Source: Phaeosaccion multiseriatum
Lineage: Eukaryota > Protista > Ochrophyta, other classes
Reading direction: 5' to 3'
DNA: 64,000 nt
Assembly: GCA_965112735.1 (NCBI GenBank)
Contig: OZ218957.1
Location: forward strand, 2,356,001 to 2,420,000
Shown here: positions 46,794 to 58,981 of the stretch, piece by piece
Layout: each line of letters starts with the position of its first letter
How positions within the stretch are numbered: the first letter of the stretch is position 1
Notes under the pieces: generated by a model
Database searches by the model: none
What the model was told of the DNA's origin: nothing
The model's input: the letters and a program-made list of their open reading frames with translations, nothing else
Translations under genes and position numbers: made by a program

Positions 46794-49700
46794 ATGCCGG
46801 CTTCGGTATTCGTGCCGTTCGCTCTGCTGGCTGTGCATGCCATCCCCTGCTTCCCACTGGCCCAGGCATGGGTCACGCCACCAGCAGCAACGAGCGCTCA
46901 AGCCCCTGCTGCCTGCGGCAGTGGGAGCAATAGCAGGAGCAGCGGCAGCAGCAGCAGATTGAGAAGACGGGCGGCTAGTAGTAGCAAAGAAAGGGCAGGT
47001 GGGCAAGGGGCGGATCGCCCGCTCTTCTTGCTCCGCGGAGAACAGGAGCTGTACTCTGGAGACCCCGGCCGCGAAGGCAGGACCAACAGCCGAACGAGCA
47101 GGGGGGGAAGGAGAAGGAGGAGCGGCGAATGGCCGCCCCCATCGTTCCCCTGCTGCTCATCCACCTCGTTACCGTCGAAGACAGGAGAGGGGGGAGGAGG
47201 ACCGACTGTTGTGCTTGGTGGCGTGCGAGGACTCATGCGGCAGCGGCGAGAGGTGTGGTGCCATCATGCTCCTCATGTGCACGGGCGAAGGGGGGGCGGT
47301 GACGATTGCCAACATCCCCGATGCAGAGGCATGGAGCTGCACGCAGTCGCCGGGACCAGTAGTGGTAGACCACCAGGCCACGAGGGCGACGTAACGAGGA
47401 CAGAGAGCAGCGGCGGCGGTAGAGAGCCACGGGGCCGCGCCAGAGGACGAGGCACTTTGCCCGGCAGGGGCAGGGGTCGGGGCGGGGGAAGGGGCAGGGG
47501 TAGGGGAGGCGGCGAGGGCAGGAGCAGAGGCGGGGGGCGAGCAAGCGGCCTCAGCAGCGGTAGAGGGGGGGGGACGGGCGGCCGAGCGACGCCTCCCTAT
47601 CTAGATAGGAGCAGAAGCAGTGCCAGTGCCCTGGTCACCGCGAGCAGCCATGAGTCTCCGGATGATCGGGCGCTAACCTTGCTCAACTTGCTGAAGACTG
47701 GCAACATCGACAAAGGCACTGTCGCCGAGATGCTGAGACAGCTCCTGGCGGTGCTCACCTCGCCCTCCTGCACGCTCGTTCTCACGCCGCCACAGCTCAC
47801 GCGCATAGTGCGCAACTCCGCCAAGGTTGGTGGATGGAGCGACGCATTTGCACGCTTCTCAGCTTCGCTCGCGCTCCCTCCCTCTCTCTCTCTCTTCTTC
47901 CCTCCCTCCCTTTGTCTCACTCTCTCGCTCTCCCTCCCTCTCTCTCTCCACCCCTCCCAGCCTGCCTCCCTCCTCACCCCTCCCTCTGCACCTTGTCTGG
48001 TTCCTGACATGCCACTCACCCCTCGTGTTTCACGCTCATGATACGATGCTCCACTCTCCCTCTTTCTTTATTTCTTTCTTTCTTTCTTTCTATCTTTCTC
48101 TCTCTCTCTCCCTCTCTCTTTCTTTCTTTCTTTCTCTCTCTCTCTCTCTCTCTTTCTTCCCCCCTCTCCTCTCTCTGTCTCTCTTCTGTTGCAATGTGAG
48201 CACCGCCAGGCGGGAAAGCGCGACAGCCTGGATTGGGCATTCGACCAGCTTAGGCAAACCGCAAGGGAAGAGGAGGAGGTGGAGAGCTGCTACGAAATGG
48301 CCATCGCCATCAGCTGCAGCTGCAAAGAGAGCGCCATCGCCATTCACATCTTACGAAGGATTGTGGCGCTTCGAGATCGGTGGAATGCTCACAATCCTTT
48401 GGTGGTGGTTGGGAGTGGGGGGGGGGGGGTGTTGTCGTCAGAGGAGGAGAGGGATGAGAAGGAGGAGGAGGAAGAAGAGGAGAAGAAGAAGGAGGACGAG
48501 GGTGACGAGGGTGAGGAGAGGGGCTTGGAGCTCGATCTGGACCCCACCGAACTGATCCTGACCATTCGCTGGGCGGCCCTGCTCGCATTGTGCCTACACG
48601 AGGCAAACCTCAGCAAGGCCGAGACTGTGCTGGGGCTCATGAGAACGCTCGGCGTGCAGCCAGGGGAGCATGAGTATGGCTTTATGTTGTCCGTCCTGGT
48701 GGCTGCGTATAGAGGTGGACGTGGTGTTGGTGGTGGTGGTGGGGGTGGTGGTGGAAGAAGAAGTGGAGGTGGGGGGGGGAGAGGGCCTGGGGGATTGGTG
48801 CGCGATAAAGCGAGGGCGCGAGTAAGTTTAAGTGGCAAGAAGAACGTCCTGACGACCAACAACACAACGTCAGAGGAGGTGGCGCTGCTCCGAGGGAAGC
48901 TCGAGGGCTTGCTGGCGGACATGGTGCGGGCAGGGGTGAAGTCCAATCCGAGGATGCTTTCGCACCTTCTGCACTCCTTTTGGAAGGCGAAGCTCATGGG
49001 GCTGGCCAACGACTTAGTGCTGAGTCACTTTGTTGCAGAGGAGGAGGAGAAGAAGAAGAAGAAGAAGAAGGAGGAGGAGGAGGAGAGGGGGGAGGGGGGC
49101 GAGGAGGGGAAGGGGGAAGGGGAGAGGGAGGAGCAGACGCTGTTGTCACTGGCGAGGCTTGTCTTTCCCAAGCCGAAGCTGCGGGACGTGTCTCGCCACC
49201 TGGCGCTGCTCATGAGCCAGAACCTTGAGACGTTGGCCATTCAGATCGTCGCCATCTTACAACAAGGGGCCGTACTGTCGGTGGAGGTGCCGGTGGGGCA
49301 GCGAGGAGGGCATAGCATGTTGTCGTCGTCTTCGTCGTCGTCATCTGTTAGCGGTGGTGGTGGTGCGGTTGGACAGAACGGCTCTGGAAATGGTGAGGGT
49401 CAGCAGCAGGGGCGGCAGTTGGTGATACACGGCTCTGCTGCTGGCCAGCAGGGGCAGGCGGAGGCCGAGAACGGGGGAGGAGAAGAAGAAGAAGGAGGAG
49501 GAGGAGAAGGCATGGCTGCGGACTGGGAGAAGGTCATGAGTCAGATGGAGGAGGACAGCGCATCTGAGTCAACTGGAGACGACGACGACGACGGGTCAGC
49601 AGTTGGTGGTACAGCAGGTGGTTATACAGCAGCAGCAGGGAGGGGAGGAGGAGGGGGAGACGAGGGGCGAGGAGGTGGGGGTGGTCGGGGTCAGGCCCGA

Positions 49701-51314
49701 GGCCGAGGAGGAAGGGGGCGCGGCCGGGGTGGGCAGGGGCAGGGGCACCACGAGGAGGCGCCGCACCAGGACCAACTTGTGTACCCCGCAGACGCTCTTA
49801 TGTACATGGCGCAGCATCAGAAGCCGAGAGAGGCAACTATGCTGCTGCTCGTTGCCCACGAGAGGGTCAAGCTGTTTCGCAGCAAGGCGGAGGCGCAAGA
49901 TACATGCCTGCAGATGCTGCTGGGGGGCATTGGAGAGAATGAGTCGGGCACGATTTCGAGGGTCTTGACGTTGATGCGTCGGCAGCAAGGCGGCAGTAGC
50001 AGCAGTAGCAGCAGTAGCAGCAGCAACAGCAGCAGCGGAGAAGGGCAGCGAGATACAGATGGCGACGACAACCCTCTGCCGAGGCTCTCCTCGGCGGCGT
50101 GCAGAGAGGTGCTGGACGTGATGGAGGAGAAGTACACAAAGGGGACCATTCAGGCCGGCAGCTTCTACCTCGAGGCCCTGGCTGTCCTGCAGATGATGAG
50201 AGAGTCCACGAGGGCAGAGAGGAGTGAGGGTGCTACCGCTGCTGCTGCTGTATCACCAGCTACTGACGCTGCTGTTGGACGTGTGGTCGGATCTGTGGCG
50301 AGGCAAGAGAAAGAAGCATCAGCAGCAGCAGCAGCAGTTGGTGATACAGCGGCCCTGACACCAACAGAGGCTGGTGATTCGCCCTCGGCCCTGAGCCGGC
50401 CCTACGTGCACGTACTCACCCTCCTCCTACGCACTCTCGAGGAGGCCATAAACGCTGGTGTCGACGGTTATTTGTTCAGGAGTATGACCAACGTGCAAAC
50501 CGGCAAGAGGCTCCTGAGGGCGGCTGAGCAGGTGGGTGGAGAGGGGAGGGGAGGGGGAGGTGAAGGGATGGGAGAGGAGGGGAGGGGTGGGGAGAGGAGC
50601 AGGGGGAAGGGGAGGGGAGTAGAGGGGAGGGGAGTAGAGGGGAGGGGAGGGGAGGGGAGGGAGGTGATGGGGAGGGGAGGGGAGGGAGGGAGGAAGGGTA
50701 AGGTAGAGACGCAGGTAGAAGATAAAGGCAAAGACGTAGGTCCTGCTCGCGCTGCTCCCTCCACTATGATCCACCCCCCCCTCACTCCATCCCCTCCCAT
50801 TCACTGCCATGCCCACCCTCATCCCCTCCCATGCACTGCCATCCTATAGGTGATGCTCTGCATGCAGGCTGACGGAGTGCCCACCTCCTTGGAGGCCCTG
50901 GCACAGCTCCTCTCCCTGTACCACCTGTCCTCTATGCCCCTCTCTCTCCTCACCCTCTTTGAAGACATGCTCGGCCAGTACCAACACCCGCATCAACACC
51001 ACCTACACGATGATGATGGCGGTGATGATGGGTCATCTCCTTCTCCTCCTCCTCCTCCTGCTGCTGCTGCTGCTGCGGCTCTTCCCCCTTCGCGGCCGGT
51101 CCTTCCTGTGACGAACGAAGCGCACCGGGCAATCTACCGCACTGCCTTCAGACAGGCCTCCAACGCCGCGGCCCTCACCACGCAGCCTGACCTCGCCATG
51201 CGCTTCCTTGGACAAATGGAGGACTACATTGGTGAGTATGTCAGTGGGGGCGGTGGATCCGGGTCGGTGAGGGTGGGGGAGTGGGAACTTGGAGGAGAGA
51301 GAGAGAGAGAGAGA

Positions 51315-51358
<44 letters not shown>

Positions 51359-51385
51359 GGAAGAGAGAGAGAAAGAGAAAGAGAG

Positions 51386-51416
<31 letters not shown>

Positions 51417-51890
51417 AAGAGAGAGAGAGGGGGGAGGGGGGGTGGGGGATAAAGAGAGAAAGAGAGAAAGAGAGAGAGAGAGGGAAAGAAAGAGAGATAG
51501 AGAGAGAGAGAGAGAGAGGGAAAGAAAGAGAGAGAAAGACAGATTGGGAGAGAAAGAAAGAGAGTGAAGGAGAGGGAGAGGAAGATGGAAGGGGCAGGAG
51601 GGTCGGTGGTGTTTGTCCCTGTTGCCTACTTTGGCATCGTATGCCGTTGTGCACACATCGAAAGGTTATCATCCCTGTCCACATGCATTCCTTCCCTCCT
51701 TCCCTCCCACACACCCTCCCTCCCACCCTGCCTTCCCTCCCCCCTCCTCCGCCCCCCCTCCCCTCTCTCCCTCCAAGGGGAGAAGCCCAAGCTGGGGCAG
51801 TACAGCACTGTCATGAGGGCCTACGGTTTAGCGAGAGACCTGCCCGGAGTTATGCGGACCCTGGCTATGGCGGTAAGACACACGCACGCA

Positions 51891-51922
<32 letters not shown>

Positions 51923-52036
51923 TACACACACACACCAAAACACACATGCACACTCACACACATACACACTCTCTTTCACACACACACTCACACCAACGCT
52001 CACACTTCTCTCTCACACGCCAACACGCGCACGCAC

Positions 52037-52077
<41 letters not shown>

Positions 52078-54037
52078 CATGCACACACACATCCCAATAT
52101 ACCGGATTGCCCTCATACAGCTGTCGTGCATAAACTTGGAAGTGCCCCTCCCCCCTACCCCCTGCACATTGCGTAATGCGTAACGTCTTTCCTCTCTCTC
52201 CCCCCCTCTCCCCTCTCTCTCCCCCCCTCTCCCCTCTCTCTCCCCCCCTCTCCCCTCTCTCTCCACCCCTCTCCCCTCTCTCTCCCCCCCTCTCCCCTCT
52301 CTCTCCATCGCTCCCCACCTCTCCCCCCCTCTCCCCTCGCTCCCCGTCTCTCCCCTCCTTCTCCCATCCCCACACGCCCATCCATCCACTGCCATCCCTC
52401 GGCACTGGGCAGGAGGAGAGCGGTAACGTGGATGTGGACTTGTACAACCTCGCTCTGTATGGAGTGAACCGAGTAGGGGATCTGCAAGCAGCCATCGAGG
52501 TCAGTGCGGTTGGCTGGGCGGGTGGTTGGCTGAGTCGAGTTGGCATGAATGCAAGGGGGGGAGGAGGAGGAGGAGGAGGAGGAGGAAAAGGAGAACGAGG
52601 AGGAGGAGGAGGAGGAGGAGGAGGAGGAGGGGGAGGAGGAGGAGGAGGAGGAGGAGGAGGAGGAGGAGGGGGTGGAGGAGGAGGAGGAGGAGGAGGGGGT
52701 GGAGGAGGAGGAGGAGGAGGAGGAGGAGGAGGAGGAGGAGGAGGAGGAGGAGGAGGAGGGGGTGGAGGAGGAGGAGGAGGAGGGGGTGGAGGAGGAAGAG
52801 GAGGAGGAGGGGGTGGAGGGGCGGGTGGTGATGGTGGTGGAGGAGGAGGAGGAGGGGGTGGAGGAGGAGGAGGAGGAGGAGGAGGAGGAGGAGGAGGAGG
52901 AGGGGGTGGTGGTGGAGGAGGAAGAGGAGGAGGAGGAGGAGGAGGAGGGGGTGGAGGAGGAGGAGGAGGAGGGGGTGGAGGAGGAGGAAGAGGAGGAGGA
53001 GAGGAGGAGGGGGTGGAGGAGGAGGAAGAGGAGGAGGAGGAGGAGGAGGGGGAGGAGGAGGAAGAACACACCTGAAACTCTCAAACTGAAACTGGAACTG
53101 CACTCTAAACTTGTACTCTGTACTCCTTTCTTCTTACTGTAGGTGTCCGAGCGCATCGTGAAGATGGGGCTGGTACCGAATGCCAATACGGTGGTCAATC
53201 TCATCCGCGCCTGGAGCTCGGCGGGGGAGGTGGATCAGGCAGTCAGTCTCTTTAGGGAGATGAGGGAAGATGTAACCGTCCCACTCCCCCCCCCTGCCAC
53301 TTCGTCATCGCCGGTGGAGGACGGCGAGGGGGAGGAGGAGAAGGAGTCGGGATCATCTGGTGGTGCAGCAGTTGGTGATACATCATCCGCCACAGCCACC
53401 GTCCCGTCCTTGCTGCGCGACAACCGCATGCTCTTCGATGCCGCTCTTGAAGTGGCGGCGTTCCACGGCAGAGTGGATCTCGCTGAGTCACTCATGGAGG
53501 AGGCGAGCAGGGGGGCGGGGGGGGAAGGGAGAGGAGGGAGAGTGAAGATGACAGGAGCCATGTATGGGGGGCTGCTGACGAGTTACGCGGTGGCGGGGCT
53601 GTGGGGTAAGGTGAAGGATTTCATGGCGGGGAGGGACAAGCGATGGCCGAGGATGGAGCAGACGAAACGACTCAAGGCCCTCGAGTGAGTGTGTGTGGCG
53701 TTGTTGTAAAGGGAGTGGAGGGGGGGGGGGGGAATATGGGAGAGGGAGAGGGACTCCTGCCTCCACGGCCACCCCCGGTCCTTTGGAGTCTGACCCGCTT
53801 CTCTTCACCTTTGTCCTTCCTCCTCCTCCCCCTTCTTCTTCTTCTTCTCCTCCTCCTCCTCTTCCTCCTCCTCCTCCTCCTCCTCCTCCTCCTCCTCCTC
53901 CTCCTCCTCCTCCTCCTCCTCCTCCTCCTCCCCCTCCTCCTCCTCCTCCGTGCTGTGCTGACATGTATCAATTTCTATGCTGTGCAATGCACCCCCCCCC
54001 TCCAAACACACATACACACACATACACACACACATAC

Positions 54038-54113
<76 letters not shown>

Positions 54114-55693
54114 GTGTCGCCCTCAAGTCCACCCTCACACAGGGCACAGACGCGTGCGAGCAACTCGCCCCCCGCCCCATGAACAACGAGAGGCTCCAAG
54201 TGGACCGACAGACGCGCAAGGCTGGTCGCAAGCTGTGGAAGCAAGTTATCGGCGACACACATCTGACGCCTTCGCCGAAGATGGTGGCTACGGCATTGCT
54301 CGAGATGGGGCAAGAGCCTTCCGAGACGAGTGACGGGTGGTGCGTGGCGATTGCGAGTGCGGAGGAGGGGGAGAAGGAGTGGCAGGAGACGAGCGAGCAC
54401 ATTAAGGCCGTGTTGGAGACGGTTGTGGATCGTGTGGAGAAGGAGCTTGCGGTGGCCAAGCAGCGGATTCTGCAGCAGAGGCAGCTACAGCTCTTGCAGC
54501 GAGGGGGAGGAGGAGCAGCAGCGGGAGGCGCAGCGGGAGGAGGAGGAGGAGGAGGAGGAGGAGGAGGAGGAGCAAGAGCCAACAACACCAAGCCTGCCAG
54601 GAGCCAGGATGGGTTGCTGCAACCTCGGCTGTTGGAGGAGGCAGTGCGTGCCGGCGTAGGGTGCGGTCACTTGGATGCAGCGGACCGGGTATTCCGCCTG
54701 CTGCTGGATGTGCGCTCGGTGGAGACATTGGCGGGGGGGGGAGTACCGCCCTTTAAGTGGGCACGGCTTGAGCCCCCCTTCGAGAGCGTCTTTTCGGGTA
54801 CGTCAAGGGGCTGTGTAGTGTTTCATTAAGTCTTTGTTTTTACCTAGTTTCATCCTCTCCAGCCAGCGTCCTCTCTCCCTCTACCTCTCTCCCCCTCTTT
54901 CCCCCACACACTGGCGTGTGTTATTTCCTTTGCTACACCTCCCCTCCCCCTCCCCTCCCCCTCCCCTGGCTTTCTTCCTCCCTCCCTGTTTCCTCTCCTG
55001 TTGTGGAGGGGGTGGGGTGAGGGGTGGGGGAGGAGGATGAGGTTGAGGGGTGGGGGAGGAGGATGAGGTTGAGGTGTGGAGTCCCGTGTGTGCTTGGGCC
55101 CATTCCCACCCCTCCCCTACCCTCTTTTTGTGTCCCCGCCACTCACTCCGCGCGCCCTCCTCTCCCCCCCCCATCCACTGCCGTCCTCTCCCCTCCTCAC
55201 AGGTTATATCGACGCCATCATCGACTACGAAGAAGGCGAGGCAGAGGGCGAAGAAGTAGTAGCAGGAGCAGGAGCAGCAGGAGAAGAAGGGACACCGCAA
55301 GAAAGCACAGATCAACACCACGCCCCCCCCTCTGACGCCTCTCGTGCCGCTGCAAGTAGCAGGGAGGCGGGGGGCGGAGTCAGTAGCGAGGCTGACAAGG
55401 ACAAGGACAAGGACAAGGCTCAACAGCAACACACCTTCGCCAAACTGGCGGCACTGGTCCGCCTTGCCGTTTCGTTTGGTCATGAGCTGAGTGAGGAGCA
55501 GCAGCAGGACCTGCTCCAGGCAGCGGCAGAGAGCGGCACGCATTTCACTTTGGAGGGGCCTACCTCCGGTCCATTGCAGGCGGAGGACGAGGTGCGGCGA
55601 CGGAGGCAGATGGAGGAGAGGGAGAAGAAGAAGAAGAGGCAGCAGCAGCAGCAGCAGCAGTTGACGTCCCAGCAGCGGCGTTCCAAGCGCTAA
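46794..55693 (+). CDS. Large pentatricopeptide-repeat (PPR)-like protein, predicted plastid-targeted; exons ~46794-47825, 48210-50531, 50850-51231, 51778-51872, 52412-52499, 53143-53684, ~54115-54797, 55203-55693
   Basis: Signal peptide ending [10 protein letters not shown]-like helix pairs: [114 protein letters not shown]. Confidence 0.78.
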
Positions 55694-56035
55694 TTGAGAA
55701 AAGGGGTCAGACAACGGTGCAGGACAAAGCGCTAGACACGCTCTACTTTTATGTTGCCATTTGTTGCCATAGTACACCTGCACAATGCCACACGTACGTA
55801 CCCGCACGTAAGGAGAGTGCCGACAACGTGTTCGACACAAGTAGGACATGTGGAGCGAGCGTACAGCACAGCACAGCACAGCACAGAGGGCTCGTGCAAG
55901 AGATGTGGAGCGGCGAGTAAAACGCAGAGGACTCATTTGAAAGCGTACAGCGCAGCGAAGCACAGAGGGCTCCTTTGAGCGCGTCTTGTCTCGCACACAA
56001 AACAAATGCATGTATTGTTCCAATGGAAACTCCAA

Positions 56036-57824
56036 TCAGTTACCCATCCGTTTGATGAACTCTTCCCTCGCCGTAGCGATGGCTTGACCTATCGTCAGCT
56101 CCGCCGGCTGCCCTGCTCCACCCCCTCCACCCCCCCCGCCCCCCCCGCCCCCCCCACCACCGCCCCCTCCCCCACTCCCGCCCGCCCCCCGCATCAGCAC
56201 CCTTTGCGCTATAGCAGAGGGGTCAATCTCTAAAATCTTGCCCGCATCCACCAGCTCATCCACCGTGAGCAGGACAAGAGCGAGGTTCTCCATGAGGGTG
56301 CGCTTGTCCATGAGACCCCTGAGAAGAATGGCCACTGCCTCGTACAAAGCGTCTAGTACGTAGGTGAGGATGACTTCGTTTTCTGTGGAGGAGCCGACGA
56401 CGTACAAGTGGACGTCTGCGCCGCTGCGGAAGACTGCGACGTTGTTGTCCATCAGGACGATATCAGCTGATGATTCGGGGGGGGGGTGGAGGGGGTGGGA
56501 GGTGGGGTAGGAAAGGGGGGGCAGGAGGAGGAGGGGGGGCGAGAAGAAGGATGAGGAGGGGAGCAGAGGGAGGAGGAGGAGGGGGGGCGAGAAGAAGGAT
56601 GAGGAGGGGGAGCAGAGGGAGGAGGAGGGGGAGGAGGAGGAGGAGAGGAGGAGGAGGAAGAGGGGGAGGAGAAGGAGGAGGAAGAGGGGGAGGAGGAGGA
56701 GGAGGAGGACGAGGAGGAGGAGGAGGAGGAGGAGGAGGAAGACGAAGATGTAGAGGGAACAGGGGGCGCAAGAAAAGGGGCGACCGGAGAGCAGCAGAAG
56801 ATGGGGGAGGGAGGGAAGAAGCAGGAAGAAAGGAAGGAAGAGGGCATACCCACTTGAGGCCTTGCTTTTCACTCCCCTGCCAATTGGTACTTTGCTTGTT
56901 CTTGTCCTTCTTACCTTCATTCCGCGCATTTATATTCTTAGTCTTTTTGAACAGGCGCGCTTCTAGCTCCGCCTGCGCGTTAGGTGTGGGAAACTCCTTC
57001 TTGGCATAGTACTTGGTGCTCACTCGTCCACCATCCTCGTCTAGAATCAAAACACATTTGATCTGTGGCAGCAGCGACTGACGAGCGAAGAAGAGAAGAG
57101 GTGGGAGGAGGAGGAGGAGGAGGAGGAGGAGGAGGAAGGAGGAGGAGGAGGAAGGAGGAGGAGGAGGAGGAGGAGGAGGAGAAGGAGGAGGAGGAGGAGG
57201 AGGAGGGAGGGAGGAGGAGGAAGAGGAAGAATAAGAGTAGTAATAGTAGAGGTAGTAGTAGGAGGAGGAGGATGACGATGATGATGATGATGATGATGAT
57301 GAGGAGGAGGAGGAGTGAGAAGGAGGAGGACGATGACGAGGAGGACGAGGAGGCATACCGTCAGTCGTAGACAAAGAGCGATGCGGGAGCACAGCCGTGG
57401 CAAAGCTCAGGTCTACGGGACTCCAAAAGAGAGAGGAGGGAGAGAATAGACAGGCGGTCGCTATGGCAGCAGGTTCAGAGGGGTGCAGCCCAGAGGGGGG
57501 AGGCGGCAGCAGCGGGGGTGATAGGAAGGAAGTGATTCGTCCGGTGCAGGTGGAAGGAGTAGAGGGCCCGCTTCCGGCTCCAAGCAGTCCTCGCCCCGCT
57601 TCCCTATTTCCGGTACTCCTCTCCCTCTGCTGCACGCACGACTCGTGCTCTCCCTCCCAATCTAAGTCCTTCCTCCCCCCCCCTCCCCATCTCAGCAAAC
57701 TAGTTGTTTGGCCTCTCGTCTCCACTACCGCTGCTGCCATCGCTTCCACAGGCACCACCACCAGCTACAAGCACGACCGTAGGGTATGCCCTTCCCCTCC
57801 CGCTTCACTCACCGCAGCCTGCAT
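56036..57824 (-). CDS. COPZ: Coatomer subunit zeta (zeta-COP); exons 57824-57813, 57077-56915, 56466-56036
   Basis: IKCVLILDEDGGRVSTKYY...ELEARLFKKTK...ADIVLMD..VAVFR...DVHLYVVGSSTENEVIL...DKRTLMENL..VLLTVDELVDAGKILEIDP...TIGQAIATARE. The 12-nt first exon (MQAA|gtgagt) is inferred. Confidence 0.93.
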
Positions 57825-58142
57825 CGTTGTTCCCTCTCCCCCTGCCCCCCTCCTCCACGACTCAACCAAGCTCCCTCTTCAGCTCGCAGATACACCTCAG
57901 CAGCTCAATCTGAAACCCTCGAGACAAGCTCCTTCCTTCCACAATTCCCTCTCTCTCCCTCTCCTTTCTCTCTTTCTTCTCGCTCTCCTCCTTCTCTCCG
58001 GGTCTCAGAGCTAACGATAAGTCAGGGCCCCCGGGGGGTCGAGGCGCAAAGCGCCAAATGCTCCCAACTTGAGAGCGACAAAGCAAAACCGATAGATATT
58101 AAAGTAGGCGCAGCTCAGGAGGGACAAGACGCGCAAGGAGAT

Positions 58143-58981
58143 ATGTCGCTGCTAGTGTTTATGATAGTGGGTACATCGGAGCCGCTCTACGAGGCAGACC
58201 TGGGCGTCCAACAGCACCAGCAGCAGAAACAGCAGCAGGAGCAGCAGCAGGTGCAGTCGCGCTCGGAAGACAGCGCGCACTTGAACCAGTTCATCATCCA
58301 CAGCTCGCTGGACATGGTGGATAGGAAGCAGTGGACTACGTCGAGCACGTGAGGCAACTCTATCCTCTGTACCTTCCTCTTTCACACCCCTCCCCTTCTC
58401 ACCCCCCTCTCTCCTCAACCTCTCCTTCATACCGCCTCTCCCTTGCTCTCACTCTCTCCTACACCACCCCCTTCCTGACTTGTCCCTTCTTCTCCCCTCC
58501 TCTGCATCTTTACCTCCCTTGGGACTCCTCCCCCTCAGGTATCTCAAGACGGTGGACAAGTTTAACGACCAGCTCGTCTCTGCCATGCTCACTCCGGGGG
58601 GCGTCAAGCTGCTGCTGCTACACGAAGGCCGCTCCGACGAAGCGGTCAAGATCTTCTTCAACGAGGTTCAAGAGCTCTACGTCAAGGTGTGTGTGTGTTC
58701 CATTTAAAAGGGGGGCCTCCAAACAATCTTGCAAGCTTGCGATATGTGGGTGGTGGGCGTGGTGTCCGGCGGTTGCCTTCACCCTCTGCCCCGCGTGACA
58801 ATGAAAACCACCTGACACGGCTAACGAAAGCTGCTGCTGCTGCTGCTGCTGCTTGATTCGCCAACTGCTGCTCTTTTGTCCCCCTCAGCTGCTCATGAAC
58901 CCTTTCTACGAGTACGACACACCCATCATCTCTCCGACATTCGACCTGAGGGTGCGGGGTCTGGCTCGGCGGATGCTGTGA
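58143..58981 (+). CDS. TRAPPC2: TRAPP complex subunit 2 (sedlin/Trs20); exons 58143-58348, 58539-58686, 58889-58981
   Basis: FMIVGTSEPLYEA...HLNQFIIHSSLDMVD...W...YLKTVDKFNDQLVSA..TPGGVKLLLLH...[35 protein letters not shown]. Confidence 0.95.

Noticed and set aside
52013-53204. Long poly-Pro/Gly/Glu/Ser ORFs (extensin- or formin-like)
   Set aside because: A (GGA)n microsatellite inside a PPR-gene intron, open in all frames simply because it lacks stops.
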